Shown in pieces: positions 1 through 13,364 of a stretch of DNA of 64,000 bases. The notes beneath the pieces were generated by a model that was not told where the DNA came from, made no database searches, and saw only the letters and a list, made by a program, of their open reading frames with translations. Position 1 is the stretch's first letter. Each line of letters starts with the position of its first letter. The position numbers were made by a program, and so were the translations under genes. Origin of the DNA: Marsupella aquatica (taxonomy: Eukaryota > Plantae > Marchantiophyta); NCBI GenBank assembly GCA_973895155.1, contig OZ316892.1, positions 17,970,357-18,034,356 of the forward strand, written 5' to 3'.

Positions 1-3000
1 TTGCTTGCCTCAATGGATGGGAGAACCGATGCTTCTTTGAAATCAGCTTCAACCTGTCCAGCAAGTGCAATTTATGAGGATGTATAAGGCTGTCCAACAA
101 AGCTTCTACGCAGTAAGTATAGATGAGACGATCAGTTAAAATTAATATCATCCCACAATGTGACTCACTTCAGTTCATTAGAGATCCTCCAACAAATATA
201 CCTCTTTCCTCAGTTGTGCTGCAAGTTGCTTCTTAGCCTTCTTCCCTTTCTTTTCTTCCCTCTTGGACAACTTTGGTGGGGGTTTCTTGGAACCTTCCAC
301 TGAAGGTTGGCCAAGACCTCCAGAAGTTGACTCTCTTAAAAGATCATCGTCAAACGACAGCGATAGAAAGACCTGTTCAAAAAGCCCAAAACGTTTGAGA
401 AGAGAACTTCATCTGCATTAGCAAATACAAGTCACCCCCAAAACAGGAAAAGAAACAAAACAAACGTATTTTGCTATATATGTTTTCCATCAACGGCAAA
501 ATTGACATAATTAACGAACTATTCAAAAACAACGCGTTCTATCTATATGCAGGACCCCTTGCTCTTCTAACCTGAGAGACAGCAATGAGGAAAAACTGTA
601 ATCGACAAATCAGACGCTCTTGTAAGGTGTTACCTGAATAACTTCCGGGGGGCTCTGGCAATTCCGGAGTCTCACAAAATCAGCAATCAGCTGAACTGCC
701 TCAACTGTAGCCTCTTCGCCATGTTTTCCAGGATTTAGAAACAAGCCCTTGATAGCCTGACAGCACATATTACTGCCAAAGAAAATCATTCGATTCTTAC
801 TTTTGAAAGCCACTTATTACTGTCAATTGCAGGTTTGTCTTGAATATATCCTGTTAAGTGTTAATATTCCAGCTCATTTTCCTTCAATTTAATTTCATTT
901 TAATTAAAACGTGACTACGAAAATCAAATAACAGGACAAAAGTCAAAGAAAGTGAAGTCACCAGACCTGAAGTCATCATCATCTGAGGCCATGCGAGGAA
1001 CGACAGCAGACAGGATGCTCTCCCGATAATTGAAGTGAGGAACAGCGTCAAGCAGCCCACATAGGCACCTAAGTGATGTCCATCGCATGCTCCGCGTTTT
1101 TGCACTCCTTACGAGCAGTTGAACATAAGCCTGTAAACGACGGAAATCAAATCGAAGAAGTGGCTCAGGCTTGGGTATGCTGAGTGCTGCGAACGGATGC
1201 TTATAGAAATAGATTCTTCCTAAGGAAAAAACTTAGAATAAAAAAAGCTTTTCTTCTTAGCATTCCTTAAGCTGAGTTTAATGGGGGAGCCCCGGCATCG
1301 ACGTAGATCAAAATTCTTTCACAAGAGAAAGTTCATGAAACAAACAGAATAGCACTTCTGATACGATGATACTATAGTGAATGGACAATGACCTGGTAGA
1401 AGCGAAGAAGGGCAGTCTCATAGTCCCACAAACTTCGAACCTCTTTAGACACCATCATCTCCCTCTCTTTTTCCGTGGGTAGCCTGATTCGATACCTGAT
1501 CACGAACACCAAAGTCAATAAGATCGGGCCTCCCTAAACACAACTCGGCTAATAGGTCATAATTTTTTTTCCAAAACAAACAACAACAGGAATTACGTTA
1601 ATGGAGTAATCAAAATGCAATCCTACATTCGCATTGCTTAACGTGAAACGAGAGCTACGATATTGTTCATGAATTAGCTTAGAGGTGACAGTTTTTGTGA
1701 CTTTAGGGGAGGGTCGTGCAAGAAGATTTACGAGTCTCAGGATGGAAAAAAATTAAGGAGCATACCCAGGAATGAGATCCTTGAATATAGCCATTGAGGA
1801 GAGCATAGCAAATTGCGAGACACCCTCGTCACGATCAATGCACATATCTTGAAGTTCCTTTAGAGTCATTATGTTGCCATTGGGGTCTGCAAATAAATCT
1901 ACCGCAATCTCTGCCATTCGGGCCCTGAGCTTTGGCCCCCTCTCCTGTACAAAACCAAGTTTGTCTTAGCAATAAAGGGGAACCCAATTCCAGGTCATAA
2001 ATCAATTCGACACGTTATAAACAGAGCTGTTACAAGTAAACTTTCCAGTTCTCCATCCAAGGAGACTTTGGATAAAACACTTCATGAATCCAGATACTAG
2101 CCCTATGATAGACCGATCCTTGGCTGCAGTGAAAACCCACCAAATCTGGCTCTGTTGTCGATGGAATGCTTTCGTCTTCAACGGGTACTTCTTCTTGTTG
2201 GCTCTCCTGCTTGAATTTTCGCTTTAACTGCTTTGCTTCATTCCTACGTTCTGCTTTAGTCTTCTTTTCCACTTTCTCGTCAAGCCCATCAGTGGGGGTT
2301 TCCTTTGCCCCTGCTGTGACCGGCAAAAGGAGGTTCTTCTTCCCTTTGCGAACAATGGCCCTACGCTCTTCCAAGCTGAGGGACGAGCCATCGACTGCAA
2401 GATGGACAACTTCAGTCGGTAACATGTAAAAGACGTAGACCACGCTCCCCTCAGAAATCAGATATTATCCCCTTCCAAGACGACGGGGAAAAGACAGCAA
2501 AAAAAAGAAGGCAAAAACACCCCTTACTGAAAGGCTTTCTTTTCTACCTCTTATAGCGCATCTCAGATGCCGAAGTAACGAGGATTGACCTCTCGAAACC
2601 AGACTTTGAATCCCACAGATCGCAACTTGGGAAAAGGAACTGGATAATCATAATCACATTTCGCGAATAATAAGCAGGTTCGACCCTGCCGTTTAGACCA
2701 TTACCTGCAACCCCTGTCGACGTTGACCGGTAATGAAGCTCGCCATCGAGTGCCTTGACAGGCAGCGCATCTACCGGATCGACTGAAAACTCGTCGGCAG
2801 AGTCATTCTGTCGCATTGTACTCCTTTCATACTGCGTTTCCAGATCATCATCATCGGGTTTTAATCCCAAAACCTGCCTGCAGTAATCAGCAAGGAAAAT
2901 CTTAAAAGAGCAGCCAGGCGTTTGCTGCAAACAAAAATTTGAGCCGGAATAAGACGAGCAGACACGTCGCCTGAAAATTTGTTCCAAATGCAGTTAAACG

Positions 3001-3451
3001 TGTTTATAATAAAATTACAGCGAGCAGCAGTCGTGTGGATGCTTTCAACCACTTCCGGTGAAAACATTCCGAAACAAAGTTGTTCAATCACGAGCATAAG
3101 CTTAGACTAAAGCTGTACCTGGTCATGGATTTAGTATCCAATTGAGAAATAAACCCTACATAACTCTTATGCTTTCGTACAAACTCCACGTCTTCATCAG
3201 ACACTTCTATGTCTTCGTCAGCTATGGCAGGAGGAAGCGGCGGAACAGCAGAACCTCCCTGCAAAGTTTCAAGGGCGGAGGATCAGGATGAAACCAGCGC
3301 GCACGCAACCCTGTACAATGTGGAGATCGGCAGACTATACATGACTACAGCGTCGGCCTCACGGACATTCGTCCAATTCTGGAAATGGATCCTACTTTAA
3401 CCAAAGTATTTCTAACCACACCTGTTTTCTCCTGCGCTTGTTCGACGACAT
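1..3451 (-). CDS. NOC3: Nucleolar complex protein 3 homolog, 5' part (10 exons visible; continues beyond the left edge)
   Basis: GT-AG exons on the minus strand with consistent phases: 3451-3422, 3258-3119, 2877-2705, 2394-2141, 1944-1766, 1495-1393, 1130-967, 772-634, 372-202, 53-<1. Spliced peptide includes MSSNKRRRKQGGSAVPPLPPAIADEDIEVSDED, VDPVDALPVKALDGELHYR, IFKDLIPGYRIRLPTEKE, LLDAVPHFNYRE and GKHGEEATVEAVQLIAD, all motifs I recognise from plant NOC3. An alternative in-frame ATG lies at 3481. Confidence 0.93.
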
Positions 3452-4128
3452 TTTAACAGACGAAGCAGGACGGCCTGGCATGCTCCTCCTTGCACTCACT
3501 CACAGCAGAAAGTCGAAAGACAGCTTCCCGAGAGAAGTGAGGCCTCTTCCGTCCGTCCACAGGGCCCTTCCGCAGCACGGGCAGGGGAAGAAAGCGGAAG
3601 TGATTTTTAATTCTTACAGTCGCTTGTTAGACTATGAGATAACCGGAAGTCCCGATTGCCGCAGAGACGTTCAAGTCAACTGCAGGAGCCGTCATTATAG
3701 AAATTTAAGTACGTCAAACACAAAGATCACAGAATGCTCGAAAGGCCAGTGCACAGAAAGTATTTGTAAAGCTAAGAGTTATGTGCTGAGCTTCGACAAA
3801 AGGCTTGAAAACAAACGTAGTAGCGAACGAAAACGTGCTATGATTTCTTTGCGGGAGCTTGAATATTGCATCGACCTAGTCGCAAACGACTTGAACGAGT
3901 CACGCTGTTTAGTACTAGAGCTAAGATCCCTGCGCGGAGATTTAGCAAATGCTTGGACCAACTGTAGTTGCGAACGAATTGATGAATCAAACGAGTGCTG
4001 ACAAGGACTTAGTGAGAAAAGGAGGCAGCACGACTAGAGGTAACGCTCTTGCACCAACACAGCAACGACGGGTTACACTACTCGGTTGGGAGATCTCAAC
4101 GAGAGCACCATATAAATAAATTTGAAGT

Positions 4129-4163
4129 GAATTGAATTGAATTGAATTGAATTGAATTGAATT
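4129..4163. repeat. (GAATT)7 microsatellite
   Basis: Directly visible pentanucleotide run. Confidence 0.95.
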
Positions 4164-4684
4164 GGCAGCACTCGCACAACGCTTCGCTTTCCAAGTATGA
4201 TAAAAAGTTGACAGAAAAGGCAACCTGCGAGCGAACTGTAGGAATCGATCGACAACAATCCACTTCACGTTGCCAAATTCGATATGCGGATATCCGTGTA
4301 CCACGTAATATACCGATCAATAGAGGAATTTAAATCTGACGCCATCACCCGCTTGCTTGCGTTTCTTCATAGACAGACATATTGCTCGTGTTTGAGAGTC
4401 GGAATCCCGATTGGAATGCCACCTTCCTCCGACTCTTTGCATTTCTGTGGCCGTAAACCCAGAACCCTAATTATTCAACGAGGGCTCTGGATCGCAGAGG
4501 CAGTCTTCATGGAACCCATCGGATGACACCCCCCCAAAGTCTGTAACTCCTTTTCCCTTGCCCGTGGAGTTAATAGGGGTTCTCAAAGTTTCATCTACAA
4601 GTATAATAGTACATTACGTCTAATTTAGTCCAATTATAATATTGAATCCTGCCCAATTTAGTTCTTCGTCCCGTTACAAAATGC

Positions 4685-4915
4685 ATTTTGGGTGGGAATG
4701 GATGGTGGGAATGGATGACAGCAGTTAGATGGTTTGGGTGATTTTTTGTGACCATTGATTATTACTTATGTGCCCAAAGTACACATAAACACATACTTAC
4801 ATTACATTTTGGGTGGGAATGGATGACAGGAGTTAGATGGTTTGGGTGATTTTTTGTGACCATTTGATTATTACTTATGTGTCCAAGGTACACATAAACA
4901 CATACTTACATTACA
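4685..4915. repeat. ~110-bp tandem duplication (2 copies)
   Basis: cattttgggtgggaatggat...acacataaacacatacttacattaca occurs twice back to back. The first copy has an extra internal ggtgggaatggat. Confidence 0.9.
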
Positions 4916-5048
4916 ATAGCCTACGTGAGATCAAGAACTAGATTGTCCTTTTTACTCTCCCATGGGGACTACAAGGGTGGAGCATTTTATTATATTATAC
5001 TCTCATAAAGAAAAGATATAAAGATAAAGCATTGTCCAAAGATCAGCG

Positions 5049-5392
5049 TGTTGAGCATAGACGACAATTGCAACGGCAAGCCCATGAACCATCCAACGCA
5101 CAAGAGTCGACACACAGAGATACGTGGTTCACCTCCTTATGAGGCTACGTCCACGGGAACACACGAGAGCTTTACTGCACTCTAGGCTGATTGTCATTCC
5201 AAGCATCCACAGCGCAAGCTCTCTCTATCTCTCAACTAGCTCCGTAACAATGAGCCTGAGTTCCCCCTCACCAAGCAAACACCGCTTGGTTATAGAGTGT
5301 GCACAACATGACTAACCTAACCAAGTCTACGACTAAGGTTAGCCTTAACTACGGTACAGTCGTAACTCTAGACCTAAGAGTAAATCCTAACA
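5049..5392 (-). repeat. 3' LTR of the Tork-like element
   Basis: TG...CA ends, followed on the + strand by atctcccccttga, the reverse complement of a polypurine tract. Confidence 0.95.
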
Positions 5393-5556
5393 ATCTCCCC
5401 CTTGACTCTGGTCTAGGGGAGGGTAAAGACTGCTACCAATATGATTGCTCAGCGGGAAGTTCTGGAAAGATACAAGAGTAGACCATAACTAAGTCGTAGC
5501 CTATACAAGGAATGAGCAAGAGCATATCTCAGTATCTACACAAATGTTAAGTAACC

Positions 5557-8500
5557 CTACTTGTGAGGCAATTGCAAAACCTGCAACGCATCACGGTGTC
5601 TAGAAAAACTCTCCAAAGGAATCACTTTGGTAAAAGCGTCAGTCGGGTTGAGTTTACCGTCAATCTTGACTAGCTCAAACATATTATCAGACACAGCTTG
5701 CCTGATAAAATGATACTTGACATCAATGTGCTTCACTCTGCTGTCCATCACGTGGTTCACAGCAAGGTGAAGCGCACTCCCTACTTCCTTGTCATACGGA
5801 ACCTTTGACATCAACCCCTTCTCTGTGTCATCCGTAGGACAGAAAGCTGATGACTACTTGAAGTGTGGAGCCAATGGGGTACTTACTGGTTTGCTATCCC
5901 CCATGTTGAACCTTGCAATTACCTTCCTCGCATAACTGCTCTGCGTCAACCATAGCTTACCAGCCTTCAAGTCCCTAGTGATCTCCATACCCAAATTCTC
6001 TTAGCTGGCCCTAAGTCCTTCATCTTAAACTCTACACTAAGCACTGCCTTGAGCTTAACAATCTCAGACCTATCCTTGGCCGCAATAAGCATGTCATCCA
6101 CATAAAGTACTAAAACAATGAACCCAAAAACAACATTCTTCACCGGTTTAAGATACACACATGGGTCAAACACACTCCTGTGAAAGTCTTGTGCACGGAT
6201 CCAATCATCAAACCGCTTATTCCATTGTCTTGGTGACTGCTTCAACCCGTACAAGGATCTCAGCAATCTGCAAACCAAATCCTTTTGCCCTTTCTTCACA
6301 AAACCTAGCGGCTATCTCATGAAGATCAACTCTTCCAAGGTGCCATAGAGGAAAGTTGTGACAACATCCATATGATCTAGCAACAGACCAAACATAACAA
6401 CAAGCACACACAATAGCCGTATTGTTGAGTACTTAGCACCTGGTAGGAAGACCTCATTGTAATCCACATTTTTTTCCTGTGTGAATCCCTTGGCTACCAA
6501 CCTAGCCTTGTAGACCTTCCATCCACCTCCTATGGACTGATCCTTCAGCTTGTATATCCACTTGCTATCCACCACTTGCTGTCCCTCAGGCAGCTTGACA
6601 AGCTCCCAAGTTTTGTTGTCCTTCAGTGACTGCATCTCCGTTTGCATTGCTGCAGTCCACTCCTGCTTCTCCTTTGAAGCACTTGCTTCATGAAATGAAG
6701 AAGGTTCCCCTTCTTCCAAAATCAACGCATCACCCTCATCATCAGTAACAAAGTCCTCCTCTTGCAACTGAGATGAATCAACCCACTGTCCATACTTTGG
6801 TGAAGCGCGTACAGTGCGACCAGATGTTCTTCTAGCCGATGACTCCGATTGATCTGCGTGTGCTGGTACAATTTGAAGCTCAACAGCATCCACTTGCTGT
6901 TCACCAGCATCAACAAACTCCGCTGGTTCCTCTGGCATAAGAACCAACTCCATAATTGGAGCAACTCCTTCTCTCTGGTCATGCACCTCATGACCAATTT
7001 CCCCCTCAACGAGATCCGGGATAGGAGATTTTCCTTTGTCAGTACGGGAGACCTGAGTATTCTCCCCCTCCTTCAATAATCTGGATTCATTGAAGGAAAC
7101 ATCCCTACTGACAACGAGCTTACAGGCAATAGGATCCCATAGCCTATAGGCTTGAACACCACTCTAGTACCCAAGAAAAACACATTTCTTGGAGGTAGGA
7201 TCCAACTTGATCATATTCTGCTTCGGTGTGAGAGCATATGCATCACTTCCAAAAACTACCAAGCCATGATAGTCTGCTTGCCGCTTATAGCACATCTCAA
7301 ACGGCGTTTTGAAATTGATAGCACTAGAAGGTGAAAGATTTACCAAATAAGTTGCGGTATTCACAGCTTCTGCCCAAAATTCCTATGGTAAACCTGATTG
7401 GCTCAACATACTCCGTGACCGCTCCAATAGTGTCCGATTGAGTCTCTCAGCGACACCATTCTGCTGCGGAGTATAAACTATGGTGAGATGGCAAGTTATC
7501 CCCTGTTCTGAACAGTATTCTTCAAATTCCATTAAAGTGTACTCCCCATCGTTGTCTGACCTCAGACTCTTCACCCTTGTATCCAAACACTTGACTGTGT
7601 TTTTAGTCTGATTCTCCACATGGGCCTTCCACTTCTTAAAAATGGATAAGACATCAGACTTATGCGTCATGAAATAAATCCGCACAAATCTTGAGTAATC
7701 GTCAATAAATGATACATAGTACAACTTTCCAGAATGTGAGGGAGTCGGGGATGGACCCCACACGTCACTATGTATGTACTCAAGAACCGCTTTGGAACGA
7801 TGAGTTCCAACACCGAAAGCACGACGAAGCTGCTTTCCAAGAATGCAATGCTCACAGAACTCTAATTTACAAGATTGCAAATCAGAAATGAGTCCATTCT
7901 TCCGTAAGATAGCCAAACCCTTCTCACTCATGTGGCCTAACTGTGAATGCCATAGTTGAGTCATCTCCTCATGAGACTTGGTTACATTGGCCTCTCCACA
8001 TACAGTATTGCCCTATAACACATACAAATTCTTCTATCTGCTCCCCTTCAAAATCACTGTCTCTCCCGACCTGACTTGAAGTTCACCATCAATAACGCTC
8101 TGTTGATGACCATTTGAATCCAACACACCGAGTGAAATCAGATTCTTACACATGCCAGGTACATACATGACTCCGGACACTGTGCGCACAGCGCCATCAA
8201 ACATTTGAATCTTCACAGACCCAATTCCCTCAATTTGACAGGAGTGATCATTTCCCATCAGAACTGAACCGTTTGAAATAGAGTAAGAACTGAAAAACTC
8301 ACGAATGTAACAAATATGAAAAGAGCAAGCACAATCAAGAATCCACACATCATTTGCTCCCCTAGATGACGTGCACAGGGCATACCCCCGGCTTCATAAA
8401 ACATACTCATCATTGAGTAAATCAGCTTCTCCATCAGCCCTAGCCACATTTGCCGATGAAGATTCCGCTGCCTTTCCCTTACAGTCTCGCTTGAAGTGTC

Positions 8501-9427
8501 CAACTTGGTTGCACTTCCAACATGTCACCTGCCTCCTCTGAGGGGATTTACCCTTGGACTTAGATCTGGATTTAGATCTAAACTGGGTTCTACGGTCTCC
8601 AGTTGGTTGCTGCATACTCCTCCCACGGTTAACATTGAGGGCAGCACCAGATGATGAAGGCTGTGACGTGATGTGCGTCTTCTGCTAAAGATCGTCACTA
8701 AGCAGAGAACTTACCACGTCATTGTATGAAATGGTATCCTTATCACGATGCAACAACACTCGTGATAGGGACTAGTAAGATGGAGGCAATGAACTGAGAA
8801 GCTGTAGAGCCTTCGTCTCATCATTCAAAGTCTCCCCAAGATTTTCCAAGTCAACGACCATGTCGTTGAAAGCATCCACATGGTCTTGTAACTTTGTACC
8901 GGATTCCTTCATCTTGAAACTCATCAGTTTGTAGGAAGTGTAGAGCCGGTTCGACAACTCCTTGCGGTGATACTTGCTCTGCAATTCCGCAAACAAGGAC
9001 ATGCAATCCTTATGTGCACCCAACTGCTTGATGATGGGAGGCATGAGATAGAGTGTAACACACCACACTCCCTGCTCCTGCATGCGGTCCCATTGTTTCT
9101 CATCAACATCGTCTTCACGAGGGCTCAGCAATTGGCCCATCCCTGACGCATAGAGCACTCCCTTCACCTGCTTCTCCCATAGCAAGTAGTCAGAGCGCCC
9201 ATCATACTTTGTCACTTCATACTTGGGGCTTGAAAGTCCCCATCTTCTTCTTTGGCACTACTATGAGCTCCGGTAGTAGTACTGCTTCCTCCACCACACG
9301 TGCGCACCGGTGATGGTACCGGTGTCACGTGCTCTTCCTCCTGCTCCTCTCTCTGCCCCTCAAACCGCCGTGGTGATCCTCGTGCTTCAAGTTCCACATC
9401 TTCGAAAAACTCCTCCGAATCACTCAT
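5557..9427 (-). pseudogene. gag-pol polyprotein of the Tork-like copia element (stops, frameshifts, RT/RNase H deletion)
   Basis: Copia domain order: gag (KYDGRSDYLLWEKQ), zinc knuckle CWKCNQVGHFKRDC, protease WILDCACSFH, integrase (LWHSQLGH, HSDVWGP, PQQNGVAERLNR), RT (YKARLVAKGFTQ, LYGLKQSPRQW, LYVDDML), RNase H tail (KHIDVKYHFIR). Broken into many ORFs. Confidence 0.95.
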
Positions 9428-10958
9428 ATGAGAAAATCACAAAAAATGTCAGTTTTCACACCTTCTCAAAAAACTCAAAACTCAACACCGCCGCGTAGCC
9501 CACGAAGCTAGGAGTCCAATACTGAAAACCGAAATCAAAATCAAAATTTGACGGAAAAGTTATTCAAATTTTGGTCGGGGTGAGTAAAACCTTGGGAAAC
9601 TCCCCCATTTTGACCACCTCAGGGAATAACCAAAATACCAAGTACAACCCGTCGTCCAAATCGCGATGTGATCGGTGCGCCATGTTGCCAACTTCAATGG
9701 CTACGACCTCGCCGAAAAAGAACCAAAAAAGTTACCGTTCGACGGATGAAATCTTTGTCGGACGGCCAAAAAACTGATCTCTATTTTTTGGGAATATTCC
9801 TCCACAGTCCGACAGGTCTCACAGGGGGCCGTTCCCCTTGTCTAAGCGGTTAAAATGGAGGGTCACAGGGCCCAGGATGCGGCACAACCAATGAGGAGGA
9901 GGAGCAATTTTTTTTCTTCAGAAAAAAGCACTTTAAAGGGGTCTTAAAGCCCCTGGAAAAGGCGCACGTATTCGCGGCCACGCGCGCGTATTTGCGACCA
10001 GAATCGCGTATAAATTGCCAAAAATGTGAAAAAAACGGGTTTGAATGGGTCAAAACGTGCGTATTTTCGTGTATATAAGGGCGTTTTGAGCCATATTTTC
10101 ACCAGAAAAAGCACATTTTCGCGCTAAAAGGGGTGTGGGAGGCCGGGGCGCGCGCCGGGGCATATGGCAAAGTAGGTTTGTCAGGATTTGAAGGTATACA
10201 GGCCGTATGGGAGCAAAACAATGCCCTAAACTAACCTTAAAATGTGCCAAAAAATGACACAAAGGCCGTGTTACAAACCTCAGGTGCCTCTGCTTTGGTT
10301 CCAATGAGAAAAGTGATGACCGCCGACATGAAATGTTGCCGAATTGCATCGACACGTCTGCAGCTCCACCAGAGAAGAGAAAACCTCCGCCGTGTCTTAC
10401 TCTCTCCGCATCAAGGGCCAATCCCGGACTCAAAACGATCGCCTCACCACGATCTCTCCGTTGAGCCTCAGCACTTCGCGTTTCTTCCTTGGAGTCAAGC
10501 GTCACGACGAGTAATCCGGTTCAGGGAAAAACAAGCATCATAGCTTGTCAAAAAACCAGAACTCAATTTTCACTTGTCACGACGCACTCGCTCCACAAAC
10601 GCCACCAAACCAGGTACCAAAATAACCAGCTCGCTTCAACCTTCAACTTGAGCTATAACATGCGATGCCTCCCGCACCGCACAGCTCACACCATTGAAAA
10701 AACAATCTCTGGTCTCTCTCCCAAAAATCTTGTCGAACACGAATAAACCCTGAACAACGCAAACTTCAATTCCTCCGCACCACGAATACCGATCAGCGAG
10801 TTCTAACCACGGTTAGAAAGCCCTCTCACTAACCTATTCGCTCAGCCACACACATTCGAGTTTCATGCGACAAAACCCCGAATGCAACACCAACAATGAA
10901 CGCTGGAAAACCGTCACGAAAAAACCTCGTCACCTCCCAGGCATGCTCTGATACCATT

Positions 10959-11302
10959 TGTTGAGCATAGACGACAATCGCAACGGCAAGCCCATGAACC
11001 ATCCAACGCACAAGAGTTGACACAAAGAGATATATGGTTCACCTCCTTATGAGGCTACGTCCAGGGGAACACACGAGAGCTTTACTGCACTCTAGGCCGA
11101 TTGCCATTCCAAGCATCCACAGCGCAAGCTCTCTCTATCTCTCAACTAGCTCCGTAACAATGAGCCTGAGTTCCCCCTCACCAAGCAAACACCGCTTAGT
11201 TATAGAGTGTGCATAACATGACTAACCTAACCAAGTCTACGACTAAGGTTAGTCTTAACTACGGTACAGTCGTAACTCTAGACCTAAGAGTAAATCCTAA
11301 CA
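10959..11302 (-). repeat. 5' LTR of the Tork-like element
   Basis: Near-identical to 5049-5392 and adjacent to the PBS. Confidence 0.95.
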
Positions 11303-13340
11303 CAGCGAAAGTAGCCAAAAATTGGCATGGAGGAAAAAAAAGGGGAGAACCTAATAAAGGAAAAAAGGAACAAAAATTGAGGCAGAAAAGAATGAAACAG
11401 GTTGGGAAAATAGAATGATAAAGTGAGATAATTTTGTATTTTCCTGCCCCCCATTTTTATTAAAAATAAGCAAATCTATATTTATGTATTTAAAATAATA
11501 TTTTAATTTTAATAAAGATTGCATCATTTTTTAGGTGATCATGCTACGACTCCATGATGTAATGGTCACTATCATTCATTTTGTATCTCCATGTTCTCAT
11601 CTTAGTCCTCCTCAACAATAACATGTTCACAATAATGATCAAAATGATACTTTCTAATATGATGGGATTTAGAATAGAAAAGGGGAGGGTCTAATACTTA
11701 AAAGGGATTGTCTAATGGATTTGAGCAGCCAGTTTTTTCTTGTTCTCATAGGGCTCCACCCAAACCTTTGCGCCAAATCTTGGTACTCCCTCTCTTTAAA
11801 CCACACCTGCCCTATAAAGGGCTACGGGTAACCCATAGCTCTCATTGTAAAGAGCACAGGTTCAAGAATTGACTTTGAGCTCCACAAAAGGTGCTGACTG
11901 CAAAACCCTTTTTTTTGCAAGTATTTCACAAAAGGTGCTAGTGTTCCACCTTTTATGGTGAGTAGTGAGACATGGAATGAGGCTTTTATAGTGGCAGGTG
12001 TGGTTTGCAAAATTGACCATCTTTCCTGATCTCAAGGCTAGTGATACATCTTCATCACATCAGAGGCGAACAGACCCTAGGCAAGTGTAGCCCTCCATGA
12101 AAATTTCCTCAATAAATTCAGTTTAAAATTCTGTAAAGAAGCGAGCCCAGGCAAGTTGTTAGCTGAGGTATTCTATTATGCGAGTAAACAGGAATTTTGT
12201 TAGCGAGGAGAATGTTGTTAGCGAGACACTCCAGGTTTTAATTATTTTTTACATTTTGCTGCCTTTTATATATTTTGTGTGTTTTTATGACTCCTGATGG
12301 CTAGCGAGGTCACTAGCAAAAAAGGAGTCCCAAAAATGTCTGTTATGAACCAGCTTGTTGTTAGCAAGCAGTTGGATATAGAAAAATTAGGGACCATGTG
12401 AGGAAGATTTTTACTTGTGCGAGTAAAATTTTTACTGTTTACTCGCACACTACAATGACCCTTGTTAGCTCAAATGGGATATCCTTTCCCTCAGATGGGA
12501 TCCCAATAATCATGATGCTCCTCGTGTGAGAGTAAAGTCATGTTACTAAATCCATGTCATCCTAGGCAAAACTCACTACAAATATCCCATGCAAGCTTTG
12601 GAATCCTTTGCAAACCCGAAATGCTCAGAAACAGGTTTGGGGCATAGACTTCATCCAGGCTCAAATGAAGTTGTATAGTGAGTCTAGTTTGGTTTGGGAT
12701 TTTAGTTCTTTTTTCTTTGGTAAAGGGAAACCTCAAGCAGAAATTGAAAGATGCTAGGATGGACCACAATGTGTAACGATGCAACTCCAATGGACAAACT
12801 GCAATAGGTTGTGACACCTATACAGATGAAAGATACTATTTGAGTTTAAAAAAAACATTTGAAAACAAAAAAAACATCTGAAAAATGGTTCATCTGATTG
12901 CATTTGTACATCTTAGTTGTTTGTCAGCCCATCAGAGCTTCTTGTCCTCGTAAACTGGTTTGAGCTGAAAACCATCTACTCATATATTTTGGATCATCTT
13001 TTGACACCTGTACAAATGAAAGACAAAATTTTCCAGAACAACACCCGAAAAATGGTCCCACAGTAGTTGCTTGTGAGATTTTCGATCCATCGTGGCTTTA
13101 TTTCCTTGTAAACTTGAAACTGGTTGGAGCTGAAAACAATGTACTCATATTTTTTGGGATGTTCCCGATTTATGGAGAGTTGACACCTCGGTCTCTCCTC
13201 ATGCCAGAGGCGATGTGGCACTCTGACTTTGGCTCTGACCTTCAGCTCAAGCTGATGACTGTGATTTTTGGTATGGTGACCCTTCACGGCACTCCCCAGT
13301 CCCCAGTAGTATACTAGCACACAGCACAGTCCTGCGAGTT

Positions 13341-13364
13341 ACTACTACTACTACTACTACTACT
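13341..13364. repeat. (ACT)8 microsatellite upstream of the CML gene
   Basis: Directly visible. Confidence 0.9.

Larger units (their letters stand above)
5049..11302 (-). mobile_element. Full-length Ty1/copia LTR retrotransposon (Tork/Tnt1-like), inactivated
   Basis: 344-bp TG...CA LTRs at 5049-5392 and 10959-11302 with 11 mismatches by eye. 5-bp TSD CAGCG at 5044-5048 and 11303-11307. Met-tRNA PBS TGGTATCAGAGC on the minus strand (10956-10945). PPT next to the left LTR. Confidence 0.97.

Noticed and set aside
5124-5481. Short ORFs repeated at 11034-11418
   Set aside because: They are incidental frames within the two LTR copies.
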